Shown piece by piece: positions 40,522 through 49,810 of a stretch of DNA of 64,000 bases; positions within the stretch are counted from its first letter, which is position 1, and each line of letters begins with the position of its first letter. Under the pieces are notes generated by a model, which did no database searches, had not been told where the DNA came from, and was given only the letters and a program-made list of their open reading frames with translations. Position numbers and translations under genes: made by a program. Origin of the DNA: Candidatus Gottesmanbacteria bacterium (lineage in GTDB: Bacteria; Patescibacteriota; Microgenomatia; 2-02-FULL-39-11); NCBI GenBank assembly GCA_016195685.1, contig JACPZE010000003.1:899-64898 (forward strand), written 5' to 3'.

Positions 40522-40593
40522 CTAACAAATATACCTCCCCGCTATTTGAGAGGTACAACAACAAACTACTAGATTATTTAATTTTCTCTGCAT
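40522..40593 (-). CDS. Cys-rich leader peptide MQRKLNNLVVCCCTSQIAGRYIC
   Basis: ATG at 40593 to TAG at 40522; TGT TGT TGT control codons precede alternative hairpins. Confidence 0.7.
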   Translation of the reverse strand: MQRKLNNLVVCCCTSQIAGRYIC

Positions 40594-40625
40594 TATATTT
40601 ATTTTATTATAAATAGACCGGATTA

Positions 40626-41492
40626 TCAAGCTTTTACAACTTCCAATATTATCGGTTTCATATCATCCCACGGCCCATCCACTTTAAAATCATCACAAGC
40701 ACGCGCCATAAGCCTGACTATTTCCAAGAAATTCGCTTGTTTGCCTCCGGATGACCCCTGTACCAGGCACAAATCATAAGATCGGGCAGTGATAGGTGTA
40801 CCGTTTAAAGTATTGATCACTAGATGGGAATAACCATTGATAGTCACCCGGAGAATTCTGGATTTGAGTACATTTTCCTTCAGATGACTTTTTTTAATCG
40901 TTGTTTTTAAATTTCCATATCCATCAACTGATGCTAACTTATATAATGGCACATCGGGAATTTTATTTATGCTTATCTCATCTCCAATTTTACTCATATC
41001 ACCCGAAAGAATTGCCATTGCGGCTTCTGGATAATAATCACGAGAACGAAATTGTGTCCCTTCGTTGGAACAATCCACTATCCAAAGACCTTTTAACCTG
41101 CTTTTTACAAATGACAAATTATATCCGGCATTCACTGCAAAGACCGGAATACCATTATCCAATATTCCGCAGACAAAATACTGCCTTTGTTCTCCATGCC
41201 AGGTGATATCACCCCGAGGTGCTGTATTTGAGAAAATTACCAGATCTTTATGCTCACTATGGAGTCCCTCTTGGGCTATCCAAAATCCCGTTTCTATCGT
41301 GGAGAATGCATAAACAGGATGCTCTGTGATGTTCCTGATTTTTTTATCCTTGTCAAAGCGGTAAAAATGATTGCGCACTTCGGCAAAAGCATGATCTGTA
41401 GTATATCCTCCTCCATAATCAGCGATAACTTCAATATGAAGGCTGTTTTTTTCTATTTTACTTGTCGGTCGATAATTCCATTTGAAAGACAT
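40626..41492 (-). CDS. SAM hydrolase / SAM-dependent halogenase (DUF62) family protein
   Basis: IADYG, FRSRDYY and VDGYGNLKT motifs. Confidence 0.75.
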   Translation of the reverse strand: MSFKWNYRPTSKIEKNSLHIEVIADYGGGYTTDHAFAEVRNHFYRFDKDKKIRNITEHPVYAFSTIETGFWIAQEGLHSEHKDLVIFSNTAPRGDITWHGEQRQYFVCGILDNGIPVFAVNAGYNLSFVKSRLKGLWIVDCSNEGTQFRSRDYYPEAAMAILSGDMSKIGDEISINKIPDVPLYKLASVDGYGNLKTTIKKSHLKENVLKSRILRVTINGYSHLVINTLNGTPITARSYDLCLVQGSSGGKQANFLEIVRLMARACDDFKVDGPWDDMKPIILEVVKA

Positions 41493-41539
41493 ATGATAAT
41501 TATAACAAATTGCCTGAAAAATCTATAGCTACTTAAATT

Positions 41540-41884
41540 TTATTTTGGATTTTGATTTGAGGATCCGAATGAGGTAGCGGTTGGCAAATAGATTTTCACA
41601 TTGGGATAAAGTCTACCACATATTATATCGCCTTGTGGTAAAGAAGAATCACCTGGTCTAATTGCGTCACAAATATTTGATCAGGGTCTAAGTGCTGAAC
41701 AACTACGAGCATCTGATTGACTACAATTGACACGAAATACGGTTTTTCCCTTTACAGAAACAATCGTGTTTAATTGAATATGATCCGCTGGTATTACTAC
41801 AACATATCCACCAACTGGTTTCGCCAAGTCTGGAAAAGAGGCAGTTGCTTTATTTTCATCAAAATATTCTATAGGTAAACCCAT
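41540..41884 (-). pseudogene. Cys-containing hypothetical gene interrupted by an in-frame TGA at 41681-41683
   Basis: The frame stays open for 46 more sense codons to TAA at 41540; internal repeat CSALRP*S / CDAIRPGD. Confidence 0.55.
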
Positions 41885-41906
41885 ATTCTATTTAGAAAAT
41901 ATTAAA

Positions 41907-43178
41907 TTATGTTCCCTCTTGCCAATTATTAAGGTAGTTTTCTTGTTCTTTTGTCAGTTTATCTATTTTAACTCCCAGCGCTTCCAATTTCAACCTTGCT
42001 ATATCTGTATCAATTTTTTGGGGAAGTCTGTAGACTTTGGGTGACAACTTCCCTCGGTGTTTTACCAACCATTCACAAGCAAGCGCTTGATTGGCAAAAG
42101 ACATATCCATCACTTCAGCCGGATGACCCTCTGCAGCTACTAAATTTATAAGCCTTCCCTCACCTAAAACATAGATTTTCTTCATTGTTGATTTTTGAAC
42201 CTTGATCGAATATTCTTCTACAAATGGTCGAAGTTGTCGCTTTTTTACAGAAATTTTTTCAAGCTTTTCAATCGCAATTTCCACATTGAAATGGCCTGCG
42301 TTGGCTAAAATTGCGCCATCCCTCATCTGCAAGATATGATCTATTGAAATCACGTGTTTATCTCCAGTAACGGTAACAAATATGTTTCCGATTTTGGCTG
42401 CATCACCTATCTTCATCACTTCATACCCATCCATCACCGCCTCGAGTGCCTTTACCGGATCAACTTCTGTAACTACAACATGTGCTCCCATCCCTCTTGC
42501 CCTTGATGCTAAACCTCTTCCGCACCAACCATATCCGCATACTACAAATGTTTTTCCGGCTAGTAATATATTTGTTGCTCTCATAATTCCATCTATGGTT
42601 GATTGCCCCGTGCCATAGCGGTTATCAAACATGTGTTTTGTATCACTGTAGTTTATAGCCATAACAGGAATTTTTAATGCCTTTTCTTTTTCCATTGCTT
42701 TTAGCCTTATAATTCCAGTTGTTGTTTCTTCATTTGAACCAATAACTTCTTTAATCTGTTCTTTTCTTTTAGTATGAAGAAGTGAAATTAGGTCTCCCCC
42801 ATCATCCATAGTAATTTGGGGATGGGTATCCAAAACTGCATTTATATGTTGGTAATAGACTTTATTATCCTCACCCTTTATGGCAAATGTAGGTATTTCA
42901 TAGTCAAATACTAAAGAGGAAGCTACATCATCCTGGGTGGAAAGAGGATTACAAGCACACAATGCTAAATTTGCTCCACCAGCCTGAAGAGCAAGCATCA
43001 AATTGGCAGTTTCTGCTGTCACATGCAAACACGCACCGATATTTATATCTCTGAGGGGTTTTTCCTTTTCGAACCTATCTTTTATAAGCGACAAGACTTG
43101 CATTGATTCACCAGCCCATTCAATTTTTTTCTTACCGACCGAAGCTAAAGTTTTATCTTTTATATCGAATTTAATCAT
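41907..43178 (-). CDS. ahcY: Adenosylhomocysteinase
   Basis: [41 protein letters not shown] motifs. Confidence 0.98.
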   Translation of the reverse strand: MIKFDIKDKTLASVGKKKIEWAGESMQVLSLIKDRFEKEKPLRDINIGACLHVTAETANLMLALQAGGANLALCACNPLSTQDDVASSLVFDYEIPTFAIKGEDNKVYYQHINAVLDTHPQITMDDGGDLISLLHTKRKEQIKEVIGSNEETTTGIIRLKAMEKEKALKIPVMAINYSDTKHMFDNRYGTGQSTIDGIMRATNILLAGKTFVVCGYGWCGRGLASRARGMGAHVVVTEVDPVKALEAVMDGYEVMKIGDAAKIGNIFVTVTGDKHVISIDHILQMRDGAILANAGHFNVEIAIEKLEKISVKKRQLRPFVEEYSIKVQKSTMKKIYVLGEGRLINLVAAEGHPAEVMDMSFANQALACEWLVKHRGKLSPKVYRLPQKIDTDIARLKLEALGVKIDKLTKEQENYLNNWQEGT

Positions 43179-43194
43179 AGATTGTAATTATCTC

Positions 43195-43893
43195 TTATTT
43201 TTGTATGATTTTCAAAAATACTTCTTTTTCTTTTAAGGAATCCAATATAAACTCTGCTCCTGCTTTTTCTAAAACATCCCTCTTATCATAACCTGAGCAA
43301 ACGCCGATCGGGTGAATATTTGCTTTTTTATCCGCATCCATATCGTATTTCGAATCCCCCACGTCATAGATATTTTCCTTAAAAAATTTCCTGCCCAATA
43401 TTTTTTCTGCATTTCCTATGGCGATTTCGATAGATTCCGCCTTGGAAGAAACATTATCTCCCCATCCGCCGGTAGTAAAATAACTTTCCAATTCACAACT
43501 TTTTAATCTATACATACCTATTTTTTCCAAATTACCGCTTTTTATGGCCAGAGGAATATTTTTTTGCGAAAGAGTAAAAAGAAGGTCAACTACGCCGGGC
43601 AAGATATATTTATGGTAATCTTTTTGTGCATGTGCAAAAAAATATTCTATTTTGGCTTGTTTTAAGTCCCCGATTTTTTCATTGATGACTTCCTTTTTGA
43701 TTTCATGACAAAGCTCCGGTACCTTTGCCAGTAAAACTACATCGGGCTGCCCATGGTGATCCGGCCAGTCGGAAAGTTTGGCATCTATCCCTAATACACT
43801 TTTCCATGCATAAGAAAATCCGTCTATATGTTCGGGTAATCCTCCGGCAAGAAGCGTCCAGTCTATGTCAAAAAGAATGAGAAGCTTATCCAT
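43195..43893 (-). CDS. HAD family hydrolase
   Basis: LFDIDWTL, SGN and VGDS..D motifs; likely start MDKLL at 43893. Confidence 0.88.
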   Translation of the reverse strand: MDKLLILFDIDWTLLAGGLPEHIDGFSYAWKSVLGIDAKLSDWPDHHGQPDVVLLAKVPELCHEIKKEVINEKIGDLKQAKIEYFFAHAQKDYHKYILPGVVDLLFTLSQKNIPLAIKSGNLEKIGMYRLKSCELESYFTTGGWGDNVSSKAESIEIAIGNAEKILGRKFFKENIYDVGDSKYDMDADKKANIHPIGVCSGYDKRDVLEKAGAEFILDSLKEKEVFLKIIQK

Positions 43894-44831
43894 CAAAGTT
43901 GTATCGTCACGCCAAAATTTTCCTTGTACCTTTTGCAAAACTCTTCGATTGTAAATTTATGAGTTGTCGTACCAAATTTTTCTACCGTGTATATCGCCGT
44001 CAGAGATCCCATCTGTCCGCAAGTTTTCAGAGGCAGATTGCGTAAGTATCCTGCTACAAATCCTGATCTATAGGCATCCCCCGCTCCTGCGGGGTCAGAG
44101 ATAGATTTGGCCCGGCCGGGCATGATTTTAATCTTCTCATTTTTGGTCATTATTTCTGAACCCTGATCTCCCATTGTAGTGATAATTATTTTATCTTCTT
44201 TTGCATAATCTGATATTGGAGCTTCCACTTTTTTCTCTATGATGCTCATTTCGTAATCATTGCCGATGATGATTTTAGCGCCGATAAAGGCAGATCTTAA
44301 TTCCCCTCCCGTTAACCAAGGAAGCTGCATACCCGGGTCAAATAAATACGGAATTTTTTTTTGTTGGTATTCCCTGGCAAATTTGATCATAGATCTGGGA
44401 TTTTGAGGTGATACAATACCGAAATCAATCATCCTATCTATACTATAAATTGATAGATGCTCGGATAATTTATCTGCACCCATATAAAATCCCCATATTT
44501 GATTATCTTTCGAATCTGTAATGCCAAAAGCAGTTGAAGTATATAAATTATTTACTACTTTTATGTATGAAGTATCTACCTGATTTGACTCTAAGAAATC
44601 CTTGTATGTGTTGAAATCCTCTCCTGCCACAGCCAAAATGCCTGTTTTAATACCTAAAAGAGATAGAGAGTAAGCTATGTTGCCTGCGGTACCTCCGAAA
44701 CTTTTGCGCATTTCGTCCACCAGGAATGAAACATTGAGTATGTGAATTTTATCCGGCATTATGTGGTCCCCTAATTTGCCGGGGAAATTCATAATATGAT
44801 CAAAAGCAAGCGAACCGGTTACTAGTATCAT
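43893..44831 (-). CDS. PfkB family kinase, bacterial adenosine kinase-like
   Basis: VTGSLAFDHIM.FPG, GGTAGNIAY, FDPG.Q, DPAGAGDAYRSG motifs. Confidence 0.88.
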   Translation of the reverse strand: MILVTGSLAFDHIMNFPGKLGDHIMPDKIHILNVSFLVDEMRKSFGGTAGNIAYSLSLLGIKTGILAVAGEDFNTYKDFLESNQVDTSYIKVVNNLYTSTAFGITDSKDNQIWGFYMGADKLSEHLSIYSIDRMIDFGIVSPQNPRSMIKFAREYQQKKIPYLFDPGMQLPWLTGGELRSAFIGAKIIIGNDYEMSIIEKKVEAPISDYAKEDKIIITTMGDQGSEIMTKNEKIKIMPGRAKSISDPAGAGDAYRSGFVAGYLRNLPLKTCGQMGSLTAIYTVEKFGTTTHKFTIEEFCKRYKENFGVTIQL

Positions 44832-44868
44832 AAAAAATTAGGCGAGTAAGAATTTTCTTATTGCGAGC

Positions 44869-45156
44869 TTATTTATTTCCTCCTCCAAGTAATCCCTGCA
44901 AGCCTCCACTCATCTCAGTCAGCTTTTTGGCCGCAATTTCTTGGGATTTTTTGATAGCTTCGGAAAGCGCTTCTTTTACTTTCCAGTCATCCTGGCCATC
45001 TATCACCAGAGATTTTATTTTCTGGTCTCCGGTCATGACTACTTTCACACCATTTCTCTCCACCACCACTTCCTCGCCGGCTAACATCTGCTGCATTTTT
45101 ACCGCCTGGTCACGCATCGACTTCAGATCCCCAACGGCTTTAAACGGATTAAACAT
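44869..45156 (-). CDS. YbaB/EbfC nucleoid-associated protein
   Basis: QA.KMQ..LA, VKVVMTGDQKI; downstream of dnaX. Confidence 0.85.
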   Translation of the reverse strand: MFNPFKAVGDLKSMRDQAVKMQQMLAGEEVVVERNGVKVVMTGDQKIKSLVIDGQDDWKVKEALSEAIKKSQEIAAKKLTEMSGGLQGLLGGGNK

Positions 45157-45256
45157 TTTTTCCTCCTTTAATATTTAAAATTAATAATATTCAATCTAAT
45201 ATAATCTACTATCCACATTTTAGATTAGAATGTCAAATCTAATAAAGATTTGAGTT

Positions 45257-46354
45257 TTACGTTGTAGTTTTGAGTTCCTGTTCGCACCACTCCACCACCG
45301 CTACTTCCAAAGGTATTTGTGGCATGCTTGCATTTTTAAGATCGGTGTATACTTTGGAAAATAATTTTATAAGAGTAAGTACCTCTTTTGTTCCAAAAAC
45401 ACCGGTTAATTCAGTTTCTTCTCTTTCTTCCGATACATCGTGCTGTTTTAAAAGTATCTGATGCAATAAACGCAAAATATCTTCTACAAAGAAACGTATA
45501 TTTACTCCTCTTTCGACCATTTGATTTATTTGAGTGAGTACAACTTTTAAATTTTTTGCGGACAGAAGTTTGAGAAACTTTCCTGCTGTCATGTTGTCCC
45601 GACCCAAAATATGGGATAATTTTTCGGCAGTCAGCGCATTTTCCAAAATTGCCTGCTCCAGTATTTTTGTAGCATCCCGAAAAGACCCTTCGGAACTTTG
45701 GGCAATTTGGGTAAGAAAATCATCCGTTACGTCCAGTTTCTCTCCCTTAACCACTCTTTTTAGACAATTGACTATCTCAGAAACTTGTGCTTTTTTGAAG
45801 TTGAATATGATACAGCGAGAGAGAATTGTTGCCGGCAGTTTATCCGGTTCGGTAGTAGCCAGTACGAATACCGCATGGGCAGGAGGCTCTTCCAAAGTTT
45901 TCAGAAGAGCATTGAAAGCCTCTGTTGTCAACATATGAACTTCGTCAATGATATAAACCTTAAAGCGGGAAGAAACCGGCGCCAGCTTTATTTTTTCCCG
46001 AAGATCGCGGATCTCATCAATTCCTCTATTTGAAGCAGCGTCAATTTCCAAAACATCCAGATTTCTTCCCTCTGTTATGGAAATACAACTTTCGCAAGTA
46101 TTGCAAGGTTCGATATTAGTTGGTAGTTGTCCTTTATCCTTACTTTTCAATTCCTGACTCTTAATTCGCTTCTCGCAGTTTAAAATTTTCGCTACAATTC
46201 TGGCTGCGGATGTTTTCCCAGTACCGCGACTTCCGCAAAAAAGAAGAGCATGGGGGGTAAATGCAGATGAAAATGTCCGGATCAATCTATCCCTTACTTC
46301 ACTACTATCTAGCTCAGATAAATTTTGAGGACGGTATTTTCTGTACAGAGTCAT
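45257..46354 (-). CDS. dnaX: DNA polymerase III subunit gamma/tau
   Basis: LYRKYRP, GSRGTGKTS, EIDAASNRG, IIDEVHML, TILSRC motifs. Confidence 0.97.
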   Translation of the reverse strand: MTLYRKYRPQNLSELDSSEVRDRLIRTFSSAFTPHALLFCGSRGTGKTSAARIVAKILNCEKRIKSQELKSKDKGQLPTNIEPCNTCESCISITEGRNLDVLEIDAASNRGIDEIRDLREKIKLAPVSSRFKVYIIDEVHMLTTEAFNALLKTLEEPPAHAVFVLATTEPDKLPATILSRCIIFNFKKAQVSEIVNCLKRVVKGEKLDVTDDFLTQIAQSSEGSFRDATKILEQAILENALTAEKLSHILGRDNMTAGKFLKLLSAKNLKVVLTQINQMVERGVNIRFFVEDILRLLHQILLKQHDVSEEREETELTGVFGTKEVLTLIKLFSKVYTDLKNASMPQIPLEVAVVEWCEQELKTTT

Positions 46355-46365
46355 ATTTAAATGTA

Positions 46366-46761
46366 TTACTCATGGTGCTGTCCCAACAAATGCAACATAC
46401 TATGTGCCACTAATTCATCTATCTTGTCATCCACTAATTTATTTTCTACCGATGCATCTTCCCTGGCCTGAGGATAAGATATAATAATATCACCTAACCT
46501 CAAAATATTATCCGGAGGATCTACAAAGGGTTTATCATTTGCGTCACCTCCAAGAGGAAAAGAGAGTACATCGGTAGTTTCATCTAAGTTCCGGTATTTT
46601 TTATTTAGCTCCTTCATCAACCGATCGCCCACTATATTTACACTTACCTCTATTTTTCCTTTGACTCCTTTTTCTCCTAATACTTTCTCTACGGCACTTC
46701 TTATCCTCTGCCGATCTACCGTGTAATGTGACTCTGTTTTAATGAGTACATTGATCATCAA
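46366..46761 (-). CDS. ybeY: rRNA maturation endoribonuclease YbeY
   Basis: LNKKYR, TDVLSFP, LGDIIIS, HSMLHLLGQHH motifs. Confidence 0.95.
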   Translation of the reverse strand: MMINVLIKTESHYTVDRQRIRSAVEKVLGEKGVKGKIEVSVNIVGDRLMKELNKKYRNLDETTDVLSFPLGGDANDKPFVDPPDNILRLGDIIISYPQAREDASVENKLVDDKIDELVAHSMLHLLGQHHE

Positions 46762-46967
46762 ATTTTCGATACCCTTGCGCGGGCGCGTTTCCTAGCCTTT
46801 TGACGTCTTTGAATTTCTTTATTATGCTCTTTTCTTTTTTCTGCAGGTTTTTGATAGAATTCTTTCTGTTTAAATTCTAAAAGAAGTCCCTCCATAATCA
46901 CCTTTTTGGTAAATTTACGGATGACAGAATCAGTTGTATCACCTGGTTGAGCTTTCACAAAAATCAT
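46758..46967 (-). CDS. rpsU: 30S ribosomal protein S21
   Basis: IRKFTKKV...FYQKPAEKRK. Confidence 0.9.
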   Translation of the reverse strand: MIFVKAQPGDTTDSVIRKFTKKVIMEGLLLEFKQKEFYQKPAEKRKEHNKEIQRRQKARKRARARVSKI

Positions 46968-46988
46968 AAAATATAAAACACCCCCTTT

Positions 46989-47336
46989 TTATACTTGCCA
47001 TCCCGGGCTTTTATTCCATCCTCCCAAAAGATGCAAGTGCAAATGGAAAACCAATTGTCCTGCCCCTTCTCCATTATTTATTACCACTTTATACCCGCCT
47101 TTATCAATCCCCAACTTCTTGGCAACATTGTGGACAGTCAAAATTACCTCTCCCATTAAATCTTTCTCACCGTCATTGACCGAACGCAATGATTCCAAAT
47201 GCTTTTTAGGCATTACTAATACATGAACTGGGGCCTTGGGACTTATATCGTAAAAACCTACCATCAACTCATCCTGATAAACAAATTTTGCCGGTATTTC
47301 CCCTTTTATAATTTTACAAAAAATACAATCAGTCAT
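46989..47336 (-). CDS. HIT family nucleotide-binding protein
   Basis: CIFCKI and HLHLHLLGG histidine triad. Confidence 0.95.
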   Translation of the reverse strand: MTDCIFCKIIKGEIPAKFVYQDELMVGFYDISPKAPVHVLVMPKKHLESLRSVNDGEKDLMGEVILTVHNVAKKLGIDKGGYKVVINNGEGAGQLVFHLHLHLLGGWNKSPGWQV

Positions 47337-48211
47337 TTCTGCAAAACATCAATAATCTCCCTTAGTGTCAACGAACTTGGCTTGCTATCAGGATTCTTGA
47401 CAGATCCGTTTAACACCATTTTTCGGCTTGCATGCAAAAACCATGTAGCTTGCGGGTCCATTTTCTTATATATATTGTAACACGGAGTAAGATTTGCTTT
47501 CGATTCCGGAAGTGCTTTTATTCTGACAAAGCCTTTTTTGGGATCTTTCCTTACCGCTACTGTATATCCTTGTTTTTGGGCTATCCGCACAGTCTCATCA
47601 TTTATAGTTTCTAAAGCTAATCCCTTACCCCAAGGAGTTTTAAATTCTATTCCTTTTTCTTTTATCTCTTCTTCTGCCCAAACTTTGTTTTGGAATGATT
47701 TATATATCCCGTCCAGTGCAATCATACTGAAATCTACAATTTTTATGTTTTTATCAGCCATAGTCAGTTTCAACCCGTCCAGGATACCAATCAATCCCAT
47801 TTCATAAAAATCAGCATTGGGATTGGGATAATAAACCTCCCGGAAATGGTCTATATCATTTACTACTTCTACTAACCTTTCTAATGCTTCATTCTCCCAT
47901 TTTTGATTTTTGCCCGCCCCGCGCCGGGCGAGGCCGGGGCTTTTTGACTTTTGAGTTTTAGATTTGATGTATTCCAAACATCTTCTCGCTGCGCAGGTAT
48001 CTTCATCGGTTTGGTGATGATCAAGTATCCCCATACCTGTATCTACATGTAGAATTTCGGGGTCACTATCCACTATTTCATTATTCAAAGTTTTCCCGGC
48101 CGGCACGAAGTCCACGTCCGCCTTTTCCCATCCGGGTAAAAATCGCTTCAGCAACCAAACAGAAGTAACCGCATCCACATCAGGCGCAATATGAGTAACT
48201 ATCGTTTTCAT
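47333..48211 (-). CDS. DHH/MYG1-like phosphoesterase
   Basis: IVTH..PDVDA, VDTG and DHHQ motifs. Confidence 0.65.
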   Translation of the reverse strand: MKTIVTHIAPDVDAVTSVWLLKRFLPGWEKADVDFVPAGKTLNNEIVDSDPEILHVDTGMGILDHHQTDEDTCAARRCLEYIKSKTQKSKSPGLARRGAGKNQKWENEALERLVEVVNDIDHFREVYYPNPNADFYEMGLIGILDGLKLTMADKNIKIVDFSMIALDGIYKSFQNKVWAEEEIKEKGIEFKTPWGKGLALETINDETVRIAQKQGYTVAVRKDPKKGFVRIKALPESKANLTPCYNIYKKMDPQATWFLHASRKMVLNGSVKNPDSKPSSLTLREIIDVLQK

Positions 48212-48251
48212 CGCTCTATTTTAAAACTAATGGGGATTTGAAACAAGACTG

Positions 48252-49457
48252 TTAATATGCTTGGGCGAAATACCAGCGGTGGGTAGATGCTTTGCCGCAA
48301 TAAATACATTCCCCTTTATCTTCTTTAGCATCCAAAGGTAATACCCTACTGGTTGCTTTAGTTTCTTCTTTTATCTTGGCTTCACAGACCGGATCTTCAC
48401 ACCAGAAAGTATAGATCAATCCCTTTTTTGTCTTCATTATTTCTTTAAACTCGACGTAGTTTTCTATTTTGTGTGTATTTTCTTCTCGGAATTTTTTCAT
48501 CCGCCCAAAAATATTTATCTGTATTTCATCCAGTAATTTTTTCATCTCGCTTACCAACTTTGTCCTACTTACCTTTATTTTCTCTCCCGTATCTCGTCTT
48601 ACTACTGTCATTTCATTTGCATCTATTTCCCTTTCTCCCAGTTCAATTCTCAAAGGTACTCCTTTTAGTTCCCATTCGTTGAATTTCCATCCTACGGTTT
48701 TTTCTTCTCTATCATCTACCTGTACTCGGAAACCTTGTTTATTTAAAAGTATTTTTAATTCTTCGCTGTATTTTTTAACTTTTGAAGTGATTTTGATAGG
48801 TACAATCACTACTTGGATCGAAGCAATTTTAGGCGGAAGGATAAGTCCCTGGTCATCTCCGTGTGAAAGTATTAAGGCACCTATTACACGGGTTGTTTCT
48901 GCCCAACTAGTTTGCCATACATATTGCTGCTTACCTTCCTTATCCAAATATTTTATATCAAATACTTTGGCAAAATTGTCTCCAAGATGATGTGACGTAC
49001 CCATCTGGATAACTTTTCCATCCGGCATAAGTGATTCGAGGGAATAAGTAATAGCTGCCCCGGGAAATCTTTCACTTTGGGATTTTTTTCCAGTAATCAC
49101 TGGAATGGCTAATATTTCCTCATCAAATTTTGCATATATTTTTAGTATTTTGCGGGCAAAATTATCTGCGTCTTCAAAAGTTGCATGAGCAGTATGCCCT
49201 TCCTGCCAAAGAAATTCAGTCGTACGTCTGTGCGGAATAAACAGAGGAAAATAAGCGTTCTTTACTCCCAATTCTTTAAATCGATCATCCAGATAATCTT
49301 GAATTTTTTCCCAAATCTCGTAACCGTAAGGCCTAATGATCATACAGCCCTTTACCGGTGAGTAATCCGCCATTTCGGCTTTGAGAATAACATCGGTATA
49401 CCACCTGTCAAAATCCTGAGACTTTTTTGCGATCTCTTTTTTATCGAACTGTTTCAT
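48252..49457 (-). CDS. proS: Prolyl-tRNA synthetase (archaeal/eukaryal type) with an apparent internal deletion
   Basis: YSPVKGC, YFPLFIP, EFLWQEGH, QMGTSHHLG, GVPLRIELG, C-terminal zinc domain; segment between PLFIP and RTTEF is missing. Confidence 0.9.
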   Translation of the reverse strand: MKQFDKKEIAKKSQDFDRWYTDVILKAEMADYSPVKGCMIIRPYGYEIWEKIQDYLDDRFKELGVKNAYFPLFIPHRRTTEFLWQEGHTAHATFEDADNFARKILKIYAKFDEEILAIPVITGKKSQSERFPGAAITYSLESLMPDGKVIQMGTSHHLGDNFAKVFDIKYLDKEGKQQYVWQTSWAETTRVIGALILSHGDDQGLILPPKIASIQVVIVPIKITSKVKKYSEELKILLNKQGFRVQVDDREEKTVGWKFNEWELKGVPLRIELGEREIDANEMTVVRRDTGEKIKVSRTKLVSEMKKLLDEIQINIFGRMKKFREENTHKIENYVEFKEIMKTKKGLIYTFWCEDPVCEAKIKEETKATSRVLPLDAKEDKGECIYCGKASTHRWYFAQAY

Positions 49458-49458
49458 A

Positions 49459-49785
49459 TCAATAAATTCTTTTTCCCAATTTGGCCTGCGGAAGAGGAGT
49501 TAGAAGTTCATATCCTCCTTCATCACGCTGTGCTCCCAAAGTCAAAACTTCAGAGATAAAAGGACCTATCTGTTTCGGCGCAAAATTAACTACACAAATT
49601 ACTTGCCGTCCGATAAGTTCTTCTTTTTTATAATTTACTATCTGTGCTGAAGATTTTTTTATCCCCAACGGTCCAAAATCAATCGTCAGTTTATAAGCGG
49701 GTTTGATAGCTTGTGGGAAATCTTCTACTGCAATCACCTTTCCCACCCGCATATCCACTTTTGCAAAATCATCATACGTTATCAT
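49459..49785 (-). CDS. tRNA-binding OB-fold protein (CsaA/Trbp111 family)
   Basis: DFAKVDMRVG, KPAYKLTIDFG, SSAQI, NFAPKQIGPFISEVL motifs. Confidence 0.92.
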   Translation of the reverse strand: MITYDDFAKVDMRVGKVIAVEDFPQAIKPAYKLTIDFGPLGIKKSSAQIVNYKKEELIGRQVICVVNFAPKQIGPFISEVLTLGAQRDEGGYELLTPLPQAKLGKRIY

Positions 49786-49810
49786 ATTTATATAATTATA
49801 TATGCTGTTT

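Noticed and set aside
45257-46354. Short dnaX as a frameshifted gene
   Set aside because: Domains I-III are complete, and no continuation frame fits before ybaB
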